DNA of 64,000 nt from Thermodesulfobacteriota bacterium (GTDB taxonomy: Bacteria; Desulfobacterota_D; UBA1144; Nemesobacterales; Nemesobacteraceae), in contig OZ242012.1 in assembly GCA_965204795.1 (NCBI GenBank), forward strand, positions 99,325 to 163,324, given 5' to 3'. A program made the translations under genes and the position numbers. Positions 41,001 to 48,538 of the stretch are shown here, one piece after another. Position 1 is the first letter of the stretch. Every line of letters begins with the position of its first letter. Below the pieces are notes generated by a model, which was given only the letters and a program-made list of their open reading frames with translations, was not told where the DNA came from and did no database searches.

Positions 41001-41544
41001 CGAATTCGGCCAGCTGCTCATCGTCAAGGGGGGATGCTCTTTTGAACTGGTCCGCCTGTTCCTTCGCTTTGCCTGTTAATCCCGTTTTCTCCGCGAGACC
41101 CCTTATCGCTTCGGTCAAGGCGGGGAAGACGGGCCTGTTGGTGACAAGCCGGAAACGGAGCTTTTCCCGAACTTCCTTCGCGCCGTGCTTGTTTTTGAAG
41201 TCTGCGTAAGCCTTCGCGAATTTCTTGAAGGTTTTTTTGGCGTGCCTCATCCTGAAATCGATGTTCTCATGGCTTACCGAGTACTTGAACTGAACGATCT
41301 CGGTTCGCCGCGAGCTGGCAAAAGAGGGATGTTCTCCGTAGTAAAGAACTAGGTCCGCCACCTGGACGGTTTCCGAAGAGGCGTTTTCCTGGTCGGAGAG
41401 CGGAAGACCCTCCACGGCCATGCCCGCAAGCCCGCCGTCGGGAAGCAGGAGCTGCATGGCCTTTCTCGCGACCCAGGCTTCGTGGAATTCATGACCGTCG
41501 CGGGATGCTCTTGTCGAATCGGTTTTCTTCTTGGCTTTTGCCAT
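35089..41544 (-). CDS. AVAST type 3-like STAND NTPase with N-terminal Cap4-like PD-(D/E)xK nuclease (Avs3a-like), copy 1
   Basis: RASRDGHEFHEAW, ADLVLYYG, VQFKYS; Walker A AAGGMGKT; FDCFAGGAYR; Walker B LDAIDNA; GNPR; FRDEPTET; RWRAAH; long helical sensor region. Confidence 0.8.
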   Translation of the reverse strand: MAKAKKKTDSTRASRDGHEFHEAWVARKAMQLLLPDGGLAGMAVEGLPLSDQENASSETVQVADLVLYYGEHPSFASSRRTEIVQFKYSVSHENIDFRMRHAKKTFKKFAKAYADFKNKHGAKEVREKLRFRLVTNRPVFPALTEAIRGLAEKTGLTGKAKEQADQFKRASPLDDEQLAEFAGKCDIAGLAGNLRDIKKDLSNILADWSATRDAVASARLGEMRKMVRDKAGTKGEGRNVITRVDVLAALEIEREEDLLPCSSKLPEVGQIVEREQLAEAVALVPGLARPLLVHAAGGMGKTVFMRSLEEKLKDGHEAVFFDCFAGGAYRLSEDSRHLPEMGLIHIANTLAYRGLCDPVLPGSHDVPSLLRTFRRRLEQSVGTLAKASPERKLLLFLDAIDNAEVGAQDRGEDCFPTLLLESFRHDPPDGVKIVASSRFHRIPGDSALYEKFELYAFSREETKEYLRTRLSNASDVKIRVAQARSRGNPRILEYLVESDRDLLDPSKVDEEIKLDQLIQSRIDAALSNAFAQGYERNDTDSFLAGLVVLPLPVPAEEYAKSQGIEEEAVKSFASDMYPLLEITEQGLTFRDEPTETLIREEYGSSKESLKRIAENLLNHQGQSVYAARALPELLYRIGDGDQLFDLALNEKKFPEAETGTVGKVNIRLSRLKAALRYAADRKNYDRLVRLLMETATITSADRHGTEYILDHPDLVTAAKDVDAARKLFEVGPNKWQGTRDARLTIANALHGDLNEARRHAENAEDWINHWYRQPEEERPVRPGRDEPKHLDVAAIPFVWAAEGDLQNAVRFMNRWKDWYSYEVWEHVLAFSSQAGLPEAATDLPDQMKGDIAGLTAALSFVETDRASREKLVGELAEACDSLDELEFNTDESWQGKRRYNFAEGLCKACGIALSLGSRRESLSMLRLMSNTRPGMWAFFRESHSSFTSNIVLLDIVLFLFRVALTAAAEGKEIREKDVMPEDLMSLCGDMEDDVGDAEFRKKLESKTSGSSREKTREARQFLSDRLNPLLSLVKALSRLLAAPEGKADNPFTELLTAWADSEKTVNRHGTEEFSLFFQILGRKVSTFALWTRGDLGDASAEAYTKRLHEREPVKAAAAIEAAGILAKRRSTRKLAGAEAVKARPLIEREDDVRNRAYFYAELARAILPASSEEAATYFRRGLEEMDAVGSDGDYFVNELLLFAASLKGGEINEKHFHNLTNICELNIPDEPEKFFWSSFGQGLSRVAGCRGLAKLFRWNDRSKAPLSFALQPYLTALIRHGKIEPEDALALNRLSYPEEFSQGCNTETLATAIRKSHHENSEELVSEVVRQFEENRQGTLMFGLTDELASVVENVLGKESETADYIARSRRHFEQVFRVRKEYRNYRGEKDEGVSERYLETQRRKKQEVAEIVAGADSADTESLEKAIDDFVQINSFHHYPYEEFFEKIREKVPYHKRTDYLRMLAEHETLDFYRKLEELEKCGDSWKDSSASIADEYKKLGIPTTLRHADDLTRDGQLSGHYLKRISEISRVPIHKLALELVKKFAGRKASTTREVWVSLAELLSVKARKKESRKALVRLLNGPAAKLSYKASDGEWREGLYPNENPDIFSGMVWRKLGSPDPEDRWRAAHSARCFARLERWEVLDALVDKIDRRDAGAFQAAERPFYFMHAKLWLLIALARIALDEPKAAARYRDVLLKTALDEEAPHVLTAHFAAEAIRACVKAKEVDLSDGVKESLSHVNKSPFPRLRKKIMRRQSKSLPESDPEFFLGSHFYRHDVESLGRVFGKPGREVRKTMSETVRSADPSIKSMRDFAKVSGLSTSPAAGGPTRSPFQTYGWHLVWHARFMAAGRLLGKYPVTDDCSLYDDPWNAWLRAFLLTREDGLWLSDGIDRAPLNALPMLLERNDAGVLILTEDESKILKLLNIESGVLGETVVAGEWDSGDRVSVHVESALVKPENVRKIATQLYQEDRELAWLPNYCSNEYDGEYKGSDKDDCEPWIVWPGGEARLDKDDPLGSVAATRRLRIAQKFLPAMSLERKDPFGRLWQNGRVTARSVAWGHEIKGDYEEPRGGTILMCSKPLLEDLLSGNGTDLLLLIKIRRHEKVYGRELDSHPDKTAVVRIKRTLEVEVMPQDAQRSRNHPEEVPRD

Positions 41545-41777
41545 CGTGGTACATTATCCTTGAATGCGAGGAAAACGAAGACGGACTCTCCCCTGAAGTC
41601 GCCTTCCCCTTCTGAGACGCCTCTTCGGGGTTCAGCGCGAGCCGGGAACTTCAGCGCGGCTTTCCCCTGGGTTCGCGGCGGCGGTTGCAAGGAGCGTCGG
41701 GCCGGGAGGCTCTTCAGCCGTCTCGCGACTTGCGGGAAAACCGGTGCCGTACGCGTCCCTCTCTCCGAGTCCTTCCG

Positions 41778-42419
41778 TCAGAACCTCTCGAAAGAACACT
41801 CGACGCCCAGCGAATCCTTGAATGATTTGTACGTCCCGTTCAGCATTTCTCGAACGGTGTTTTTCGCCCTGCCCAGCGCGGTTTTCCTCATGCGGGCCTG
41901 AAACACTCCGGATTCTCTGAAATTGAGCAGCATGGCGAAAACAAAGACCGACGAGTCCTTCCAGTAGACTTCCTTGCTGAATCCGACGGCGGCGGCCGCC
42001 CCGGCCGCTTTGCGAAACGAACTCACTTTTTTCCCGACTTCGCAGGTGTCGAGCACTATAATGGTGCGGTCGAGCTTCTCGTCCAGTTTCCGGATTTCCT
42101 TGCTGATGTCGACATCATTGTAGTCGGAGGTCTCGAGTTCGCGCCGATGTTTGCCTTTTTCGGTCATCTCGTAGGACCCGTGAGTGGAGAAAATCACGAC
42201 GTTGACGCCCCTGCTGTTGCAGTCAAGGTCGACGAAGTCTTCAATGTCGTCTCGGTACATGTGGGATATCAGGGGGCGTCGGACGACCCGCACGGGAGGG
42301 TCTCCCAGACCGAGCAGCGTCTCGGCGGAGGAATATATATGACGTATCGACCTGGAGGCTTCAATCTCCTCCGCCTCGAACCAGTCGGTCTCGAAAATCA
42401 GTATTTTCTCGTTGGCCAT
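41778..42419 (-). CDS. caspase/CHAT-like fold protein (DUF6642-like)
   Basis: ILIFETDW, VVIFSTHGS (His-Gly), IIVLDTC (Cys), AVGFSKEVYW. Confidence 0.55.
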   Translation of the reverse strand: MANEKILIFETDWFEAEEIEASRSIRHIYSSAETLLGLGDPPVRVVRRPLISHMYRDDIEDFVDLDCNSRGVNVVIFSTHGSYEMTEKGKHRRELETSDYNDVDISKEIRKLDEKLDRTIIVLDTCEVGKKVSSFRKAAGAAAAVGFSKEVYWKDSSVFVFAMLLNFRESGVFQARMRKTALGRAKNTVREMLNGTYKSFKDSLGVECSFERF

Positions 42420-42676
42420 GGCGTTGACGCCGTCCGACGCCCTTCGGGACGGCCTGGATTCTCTTGACGGTCAGAAACGGTCTTTCGCCGGGTTCCTTCC
42501 CGTGAACGCCGTCGCGTTCTTTTCGATTTCTTTGCGAACCGACGGGAATCTGCGGAAACAGTTTTGTCGCCTCGGAGAGGAAAAACTTTCGGCAAAGAAT
42601 GTCAAATCATCACGGAGCACTTCATGTCCGTTTGTCCATAAAGACCAGATAGTGTTAAGCGAACGCGAGCGCGTCG

Positions 42677-43204
42677 TTAAGCAAACAGGTTGCCCAGCCG
42701 AAAGCGCATCGCGGCCGGACTTACCCTGAAACTTCTGGCGAGCGAGTTAACGGTTTCTTCTTCGTCTATGTCAAACGGTTCGTTGTTAAGCACTTCCGTC
42801 AAAAGATATCTGGGCATCAGTATTTCCGCGGCGAACAGGTTGGCCTCGATCTCTATTCTGCTTATTCCCGCCGCCGATAATGAATCTCTCATCAGCATGG
42901 GGAATCTTTTGTCCACATGAATTTCTTTCCCGATCAGACCCTTGTGGAGTGCTAGGTGACCGCATTCGTGCGCGATGGTGAACCTTTGCCTGTTCGGGTG
43001 ATGGAGGGAATTGATTCCGATGATTGGAGTACGGCCTTTTACGTATACCATGCCGGAGAGTTCGCCGTCCAGAGGAGAAAAAATCACTCGCGCGTCTAGA
43101 CTTTTCGCTATGCGTCGTACGGGCACGGGGGGACTGTCGATGTTGTTTTCTTGAAGGAGCCTCCCCGCTTTTTCAATTATTCGGTTTCTTCTTTTTGTGT
43201 TCAT
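42677..43204 (-). CDS. ImmA/IrrE family metallopeptidase (CapP-like)
   Basis: RQRFTIAHECGH (HExxH), EIEANLFAAEILMP, LARSFRVS. Confidence 0.92.
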   Translation of the reverse strand: MNTKRRNRIIEKAGRLLQENNIDSPPVPVRRIAKSLDARVIFSPLDGELSGMVYVKGRTPIIGINSLHHPNRQRFTIAHECGHLALHKGLIGKEIHVDKRFPMLMRDSLSAAGISRIEIEANLFAAEILMPRYLLTEVLNNEPFDIDEEETVNSLARSFRVSPAAMRFRLGNLFA

Positions 43205-43232
43205 CCGTTCTCAGTTTTTATCGTTAGAAACT

Positions 43233-43568
43233 CTATTTATTCGAACTTTGGGAAATTAGGTGAATTACTTCGTTGCGCTGGGAATCGGTTAGGTCTTCAC
43301 CGGAAACCGGTATGGGAGATGAAAGAACTTCCTGGTGTTCGCGAGATGGCACTGTCGGCAGAAGCTGGTCAGGAGAATCAAGCTGCAACGCATGGGCGAT
43401 TGTGTAAAGGTGATGCACGAGAACCTGCTGGCGTCCAGCTTCAATGTTGGCCAGCGAAGCCCGGGAAATCCCGGCATCCTTGGAGAGCCGGACCTGAGTG
43501 TAGGTCGCCTTTTTGCGGAAACGCCTGATATTCTCTCCCAGCTCTAGGTAGATTCTCTTTTGCTCCAC
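43233..43568 (-). CDS. XRE family HTH transcriptional regulator (CapH-like)
   Basis: LGENIRRFRKKATYTQVRLSKDAGISRASLANIEAGRQ. Start moved from 43589 to GTG at 43568 because the promoter overlaps the longer start. Confidence 0.88.
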   Translation of the reverse strand: MEQKRIYLELGENIRRFRKKATYTQVRLSKDAGISRASLANIEAGRQQVLVHHLYTIAHALQLDSPDQLLPTVPSREHQEVLSSPIPVSGEDLTDSQRNEVIHLISQSSNK

Positions 43569-43574
43569 AATAAC

Positions 43575-43603
43575 TTTATAACTGCGCACTTTTTACATGT
43601 CAA
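43575..43603 (-). promoter_or_regulatory. sigma70 promoter for HTH/ImmA, probably leaderless
   Basis: Minus strand TTGACA (43603-43598)-17 nt-TATAAA (43580-43575); the GTG start begins 7 nt after the -10 box. Confidence 0.7.
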
Positions 43604-43645
43604 CTCGATTGTTTGTCAGAATAGCGTTTTTCAAGATTTGTCTTC

Positions 43646-43674
43646 TTGACAATCGGTATTTGTTAAGGTAGGTT
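43646..43674 (+). promoter_or_regulatory. sigma70 promoter for the MBL / E2-E1-JAB-patatin operon
   Basis: TTGACA-17 nt-TAGGTT, back to back with the HTH promoter. Confidence 0.65.
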
Positions 43675-43823
43675 AAAAGGAGACTTGAAAGCTTATTCAA
43701 TCAAGTTGTTGTGTCCAGAGCGAGTTATAAAAATTGCGGTTAAAGGTCATAAGAAAGTTCTGGAAACAGAAAAAAGACAATGGTTTTATCCAGGAAAGAT
43801 ATTTCCTGAAGGAGGAACGTATA

Positions 43824-44960
43824 ATGGCTATAACGCCACCCGAAAAGGGATTTATTTTCTGGCCGGTCGGAACCGGCGACAGCACCACCGTCCGCATCTC
43901 GGAGTCCATGTATCTTCAGGTCGACCTGCGCCACATGGCCAAGTCGGAAGACGACGAAGACACCGCGTGGCCGGTTATCGACGAGTTGACCGGAATACTG
44001 CCCGAGGTTGACGGGGCTCCTTATCTGTCGGCCTTCGCCTTGACGCATCCGGACAAGGATCACTGTCAGGGATTCAAGGAACTTCTCGACAGGATTACCA
44101 TATCGGAATTGTGGCTTTCGCCTCGCATATTCCGCGAGTACAGAAAGGATCTTTGCGAGGATGCAAAAGCTTTCGGCAAAGAGGCGATGCGCCGGGTCAA
44201 GGCAACCATCGAAGCGGGAGGCGACCCCGGTTCCGGGGACAGGGTCCGCATCATAGGTTACGATGACCTGCTGAGGGAAGAAGCCTTTACAGGATTTCCT
44301 CCGCAGTTTCTCTCGATTCCGGGACAAGCCGTTGCTTTTGTTGATGGCCGATATGTGGGTGCAGACTTCGAGGCTTTTGTCCACGCGCCGTTCAAGGACG
44401 ACAGCCACGGCGAGCGCAACGACTGCAGCGTCGCGTTTCAAATCACTCTCAAATCCGAGTGCGGTGTGGGAAATGCGCTGCTGATGGGAGACCTTCAATA
44501 TCCTGTCATTCGCCGGATATTCGACTGTAGCGACAGGGACACATTGAACTGGAACGTGCTTCTGGCTCCGCATCACTGCTCAAAGTCCGTTATGTACTCG
44601 AAAGACGAAGGAGAGGAAGAGGAAACCCTCAAGGCCGATATTGTCACGGATATGGCGAACGCCGCGCTTGACCCGGGATATGTCGTGTCAAGTTCCGAGC
44701 CGGTTCCCGACAGCAACGAGCCGGGAGACAATCCTCCTCACGCCTTGGCCAAGATTCAGTACAACAGCATAGTGCCGAACGAATTCATCTGCACGCAGGA
44801 GCATCCCGACGAAAACGACCCGCAGCCGATCATATTCGAAGTCGGGGAGAACGGTCTCAGGTATGTGGGCGAGGAAGATGTTTCCGAGCCCATTGCAGAC
44901 ACGCTTAAAAAAATAAGCCCCGGTGGTGTTCCACCGAGGTCGCCGAAGGGGTTCGGATAA
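43824..44960 (+). CDS. metallo-beta-lactamase-fold (ComEC-like) hydrolase with C-terminal ...PPRSPKGFG tail
   Basis: ATG at 43824 after AAGGAGG; PVGTGDS, THPDKDH (HxDxDH), MGDL, APHHCS; stop overlaps the next ATG (TAATG). Confidence 0.88.
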   Translation: MAITPPEKGFIFWPVGTGDSTTVRISESMYLQVDLRHMAKSEDDEDTAWPVIDELTGILPEVDGAPYLSAFALTHPDKDHCQGFKELLDRITISELWLSPRIFREYRKDLCEDAKAFGKEAMRRVKATIEAGGDPGSGDRVRIIGYDDLLREEAFTGFPPQFLSIPGQAVAFVDGRYVGADFEAFVHAPFKDDSHGERNDCSVAFQITLKSECGVGNALLMGDLQYPVIRRIFDCSDRDTLNWNVLLAPHHCSKSVMYSKDEGEEEETLKADIVTDMANAALDPGYVVSSSEPVPDSNEPGDNPPHALAKIQYNSIVPNEFICTQEHPDENDPQPIIFEVGENGLRYVGEEDVSEPIADTLKKISPGGVPPRSPKGFG

Positions 44961-47900
44961 TGCCGATTACCGACGGACAGAAGTTTGCGCTGAACCAGCT
45001 CCGACGCATTGCCGGTGCCGAAGGATCTTCACTACGTATACGCAACAAACATAAAGAAACCGACAGCGACGGTCGGCTGATGGTGGATATATCGCTCGAT
45101 TGCTCCCGATACGGGCACGAAGAAGGAGGGCTGAAGTTCCAATCTAGGGAAAGTGTTCGGATTTACATACCGCAGGAATTTCCACACGTCTTGCCTTGCG
45201 CGGAAACGGTACACACGCGTTTCCTAGGCTATCCGCATGTCCAGTGGGGCAGGCGCTTGTGTCTGTATCAGTCTCCAGACACCCAATGGGAGCCGAGTCT
45301 CGGGATGATAGGATTCATCAAGCAGCTCGCCGACTGGTTTGAGAAAGCCGCGCTCGGCGAGCTAGACGACCCCGAAGGACCTTTACACCCCCCTGTGGCT
45401 TACAGAAACGGCACCCAAACTAAAGTGGTGATTCATACCGACACGCCCGGTCGCGACCAGTGGCCCTGGTTCGGTTTCGCCGTGTTTTCTCGGACCGACG
45501 CCAATCTCATCGAAATAGACGGCTGGTCGCGTGTCCATACCTTGCGGACGGACAAGCGGTTTGCCGCCGCTCTACTGCTTGATTCTGAATTGCCCTTCGA
45601 GTACCCGAAGAATGTGTGGAACTTGTTTCGTTGCCTTGAGGACCGAGGTGTTAACACAGCATCCGTTTTGGTGCGCTTGATGCTGGCTTCCAAGAGCTTG
45701 AGCAAGGATGAACCGCTTTACATGGTGATCGGCGCTCCTTCACGCGGAACCGCTGGGAGCTTGGAACACAGGCTTCAGCATTTGAGCGTATGGGAAATTC
45801 CCTCCTCTGCGGCGTCATATCTACGCATCGCATCTGACAGTTGCGAGCTTCTGTCGAGATACAAGGGGCAGGAAACTCCTGAGGAGATTCACAGGCTTTT
45901 GCACGATGTTCTCGACACAGTTCACAAATGGATGACCACCAGCAAAGTTAATTGGTGTCGCGTGATGGAAAACAGAAAGGAAATTATTCAACGCAGGGAT
46001 CTCGGAACGCCGATGGACAAATTACACGGCAGGTCGGTTGCCTTGTTCGGTTGCGGCGCGCTTGGGAGCGCCGTGGCTGAATATCTAATTCGCGGCGGCG
46101 TGAAGCGTCTTTCCCTGTACGACAATGCCGTCGTAAGTCCGGGCATTCTCGTGCGTCAAAATTACGAGCGAAGAGACATAGGGTTTTCCAAGGTTAGTTC
46201 CCTCAAAAGGCGATTGGATGCTATTGGGACCGACTGCGAAACCGTAGCTTACAGCCAAGACATAGTTCAGACGACGTTGAGAGATACTAAATTTGCGGAC
46301 GGCATCGATCTGGTCATTGACGCTACCGCGTCGTTGCGCGTACGCCATCGCTTTGAGGAGTTGCGGAAAACCGAAAAATTACACGTTCCAGTGGCGGCGA
46401 TGATGGTTAGCGGGGCGGCTCTTCATGGTGCTTGGGTATTGGCTCCGGCGGAATATTCGGGCGGGCCTCGGGATGTCTACAGACGGTTGGGTCTTGCGGC
46501 GGCCAACCGGGACTGGATGAAACATTGGTCGGACGCGTTCTGGGATTCCGACTCCGAGGAAGTTCCGAGACAGCCCGAACCCGGCTGTTCCGACCCTACC
46601 TTCGTCGGTTCGCATGTGGATGTGGCCGCCCTGGTCGCGCGTATGCTCAACCATGTTGCTGCCGGCCTGTCGGATGCTTCTGCTTCTGCGAAAGGAGGGT
46701 TTCTGGCGCGGGATGCAACTTCCCATTCCGATTTCGTCGCCACTTTTTCTCCCGACATAGTTGTCGCAGGTGGCAGCTGGGAGTTTCGAGTAGCGGCAAA
46801 CGCTTGGCGGGACGCGAGAGGCTGGATTCGCGCCGGCGGACGGGAACGGACGACGGACTGCGAGACAGGGGGAATTTTGTTCGGCCATCTGGACGAAAGC
46901 CTGCGCGTTGTGTGGATTTCTGCCGTAAGCGGTCCGCCGGAAGACAGCGGGTTCTCTCCACGGCTGTTCACCTGCGGAGTGGAGGGAGTCAAGGATCTCG
47001 GCGAGCATTACTCGGCTCATACTTCCGGGGCGGTCGGTTATCTGGGGACATGGCATTCCCATCCCGTAAGCGGTCCGAGCCCAAGCCGTACCGACTTTGA
47101 AGGCATCGCCGGCATATTCGCCGAGTCTCCGACAGAAGGCGTTTATCAGGTCATGATGATCGTTGGTCGCGCCGCGGACAAAGCTCCCGAGCTCGGCCTG
47201 TATCTGTTTGAAAAACAAAAGATGAACGGCCTCGGCGACTTGAATAAGTTGACGATGACTGGTTGCGGCGGGTCCGTGAAGGCTCCGTCGCCTAGACCGT
47301 ATCCGTTTTCCATGGGACTGGCTTTGTCCGGAGGCGGTTCCCGCGCGGTCGCGTTTCACTTGGGCACGTTGCGGGCTCTTGAAGACTTGGGGCTGCTTGA
47401 CGACGTCAAGGTGATTTCCGGCGTTTCTGGCGGGGCCGTGACGACCGGACTTGTCGGATACAGTCAAGATCCCTTTGCTTCGATCGACGCGTTGACGGTC
47501 AAAACGCTGCGCCGCGGGCTGCTCAAGCCGTCTTTGCTTAAGTTGCTGAATCCGAAGCGTCTGGTTCCCGCTCTTTTCAACTGGGTTTTCGTGGCGGTCC
47601 CGAGCCTGTTTTTGTTTCTGATCAGACTGTCGCTTAATCAGGGAGCGGGACTGATGCCCGAGGGAATGCGTGGATGCAGAAAGTATATTGATCGGCTTCA
47701 ATGGCCTTTTTCGCGGCGGTGTTCTCGAACTCACGCACTTGCCGACGCGGTCGCTGACATCGTCGGCGACGGCACCTGCGCAGCGCCGACTAGGCAGAAC
47801 AAGGATGTAGTGTTGAACGCTTGCGAACTGCGCACTGGAACCGCATTCCGCGTGAGCAACGAGCGGTTCGGGTCGTGGCGATTCGGCTACGCTCCCGCAA

Positions 47901-48469
47901 GCGACCTCCGTCTTGCCGAGGCCGTCACCGCTTCCGCGGCTTATCCTCCTCTGGTGCCTCCTTACGACTGGAAGCATGTTTTCCAGCGAAACGGCGAGTC
48001 GCGGCAGGAGCGGGTCATCGTGACCGACGGGGGAGTTTTTGAAAATCTGGGCGTCAGCGTAATGGAGCCGGGTCGGGATACGAAGGTGAGCGGGATATCG
48101 TATTCACCAGAAGTCATCATAACCAGTGACGCCGGGGTCGGTCAGTTCAGCGGCGGCGATCTGCCGTCCACATGGCCGGAACGCATGGTTCAGGCGGTCA
48201 ACAGCATCATGCGCAAGGTTAACGACGCTACCAAGAAACGGTTGCACGACTGCGCGAGACGCGGCGAACTGAATCGATTCGTTTACGTCAATCTGGGGCA
48301 GAAGGACGAGAAGGTTCCGTTCAAGTCGCCCGGATGGGTTGACCGCGAAGCCGTCATCGATTATCCGACCGATTTCAACGCCATGTCTCAAAAGGACTTA
48401 AACCTTCTCTCGAACCGTGCGGAAACGTTGACCCGGTCGCTGATCACTCAGTACCTGCTGTCAGACTGA
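44960..48469 (+). CDS. E2 - E1(ThiF) - JAB - patatin fusion protein
   Basis: E2: FP...PHVQWGRRLCLY (Cys101). E1: GCGALGS, LVRQNY, IDATAS, PEPGCSDPTF (Cys543). JAB: ETGGILFG, WHSHP..PSPSRTD. Patatin: LSGGGSR, GVSGG (Ser823), DGG (Asp1023). Confidence 0.9.
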   Translation: MPITDGQKFALNQLRRIAGAEGSSLRIRNKHKETDSDGRLMVDISLDCSRYGHEEGGLKFQSRESVRIYIPQEFPHVLPCAETVHTRFLGYPHVQWGRRLCLYQSPDTQWEPSLGMIGFIKQLADWFEKAALGELDDPEGPLHPPVAYRNGTQTKVVIHTDTPGRDQWPWFGFAVFSRTDANLIEIDGWSRVHTLRTDKRFAAALLLDSELPFEYPKNVWNLFRCLEDRGVNTASVLVRLMLASKSLSKDEPLYMVIGAPSRGTAGSLEHRLQHLSVWEIPSSAASYLRIASDSCELLSRYKGQETPEEIHRLLHDVLDTVHKWMTTSKVNWCRVMENRKEIIQRRDLGTPMDKLHGRSVALFGCGALGSAVAEYLIRGGVKRLSLYDNAVVSPGILVRQNYERRDIGFSKVSSLKRRLDAIGTDCETVAYSQDIVQTTLRDTKFADGIDLVIDATASLRVRHRFEELRKTEKLHVPVAAMMVSGAALHGAWVLAPAEYSGGPRDVYRRLGLAAANRDWMKHWSDAFWDSDSEEVPRQPEPGCSDPTFVGSHVDVAALVARMLNHVAAGLSDASASAKGGFLARDATSHSDFVATFSPDIVVAGGSWEFRVAANAWRDARGWIRAGGRERTTDCETGGILFGHLDESLRVVWISAVSGPPEDSGFSPRLFTCGVEGVKDLGEHYSAHTSGAVGYLGTWHSHPVSGPSPSRTDFEGIAGIFAESPTEGVYQVMMIVGRAADKAPELGLYLFEKQKMNGLGDLNKLTMTGCGGSVKAPSPRPYPFSMGLALSGGGSRAVAFHLGTLRALEDLGLLDDVKVISGVSGGAVTTGLVGYSQDPFASIDALTVKTLRRGLLKPSLLKLLNPKRLVPALFNWVFVAVPSLFLFLIRLSLNQGAGLMPEGMRGCRKYIDRLQWPFSRRCSRTHALADAVADIVGDGTCAAPTRQNKDVVLNACELRTGTAFRVSNERFGSWRFGYAPASDLRLAEAVTASAAYPPLVPPYDWKHVFQRNGESRQERVIVTDGGVFENLGVSVMEPGRDTKVSGISYSPEVIITSDAGVGQFSGGDLPSTWPERMVQAVNSIMRKVNDATKKRLHDCARRGELNRFVYVNLGQKDEKVPFKSPGWVDREAVIDYPTDFNAMSQKDLNLLSNRAETLTRSLITQYLLSD

Positions 48470-48538
48470 CCGGGTTATTCGGAGAAAAAATTTTTGAGAA
48501 TTGGACGGGATTGAAAATTAAGGAACGAAGGTGATTCA

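Noticed and set aside
43685-44011. Possible small ubiquitin-like gene ahead of the MBL (TTG after AGGAG)
   Set aside because: The frame overlaps the MBL gene by about 190 nt and shows no beta-grasp pattern that I can recognise.
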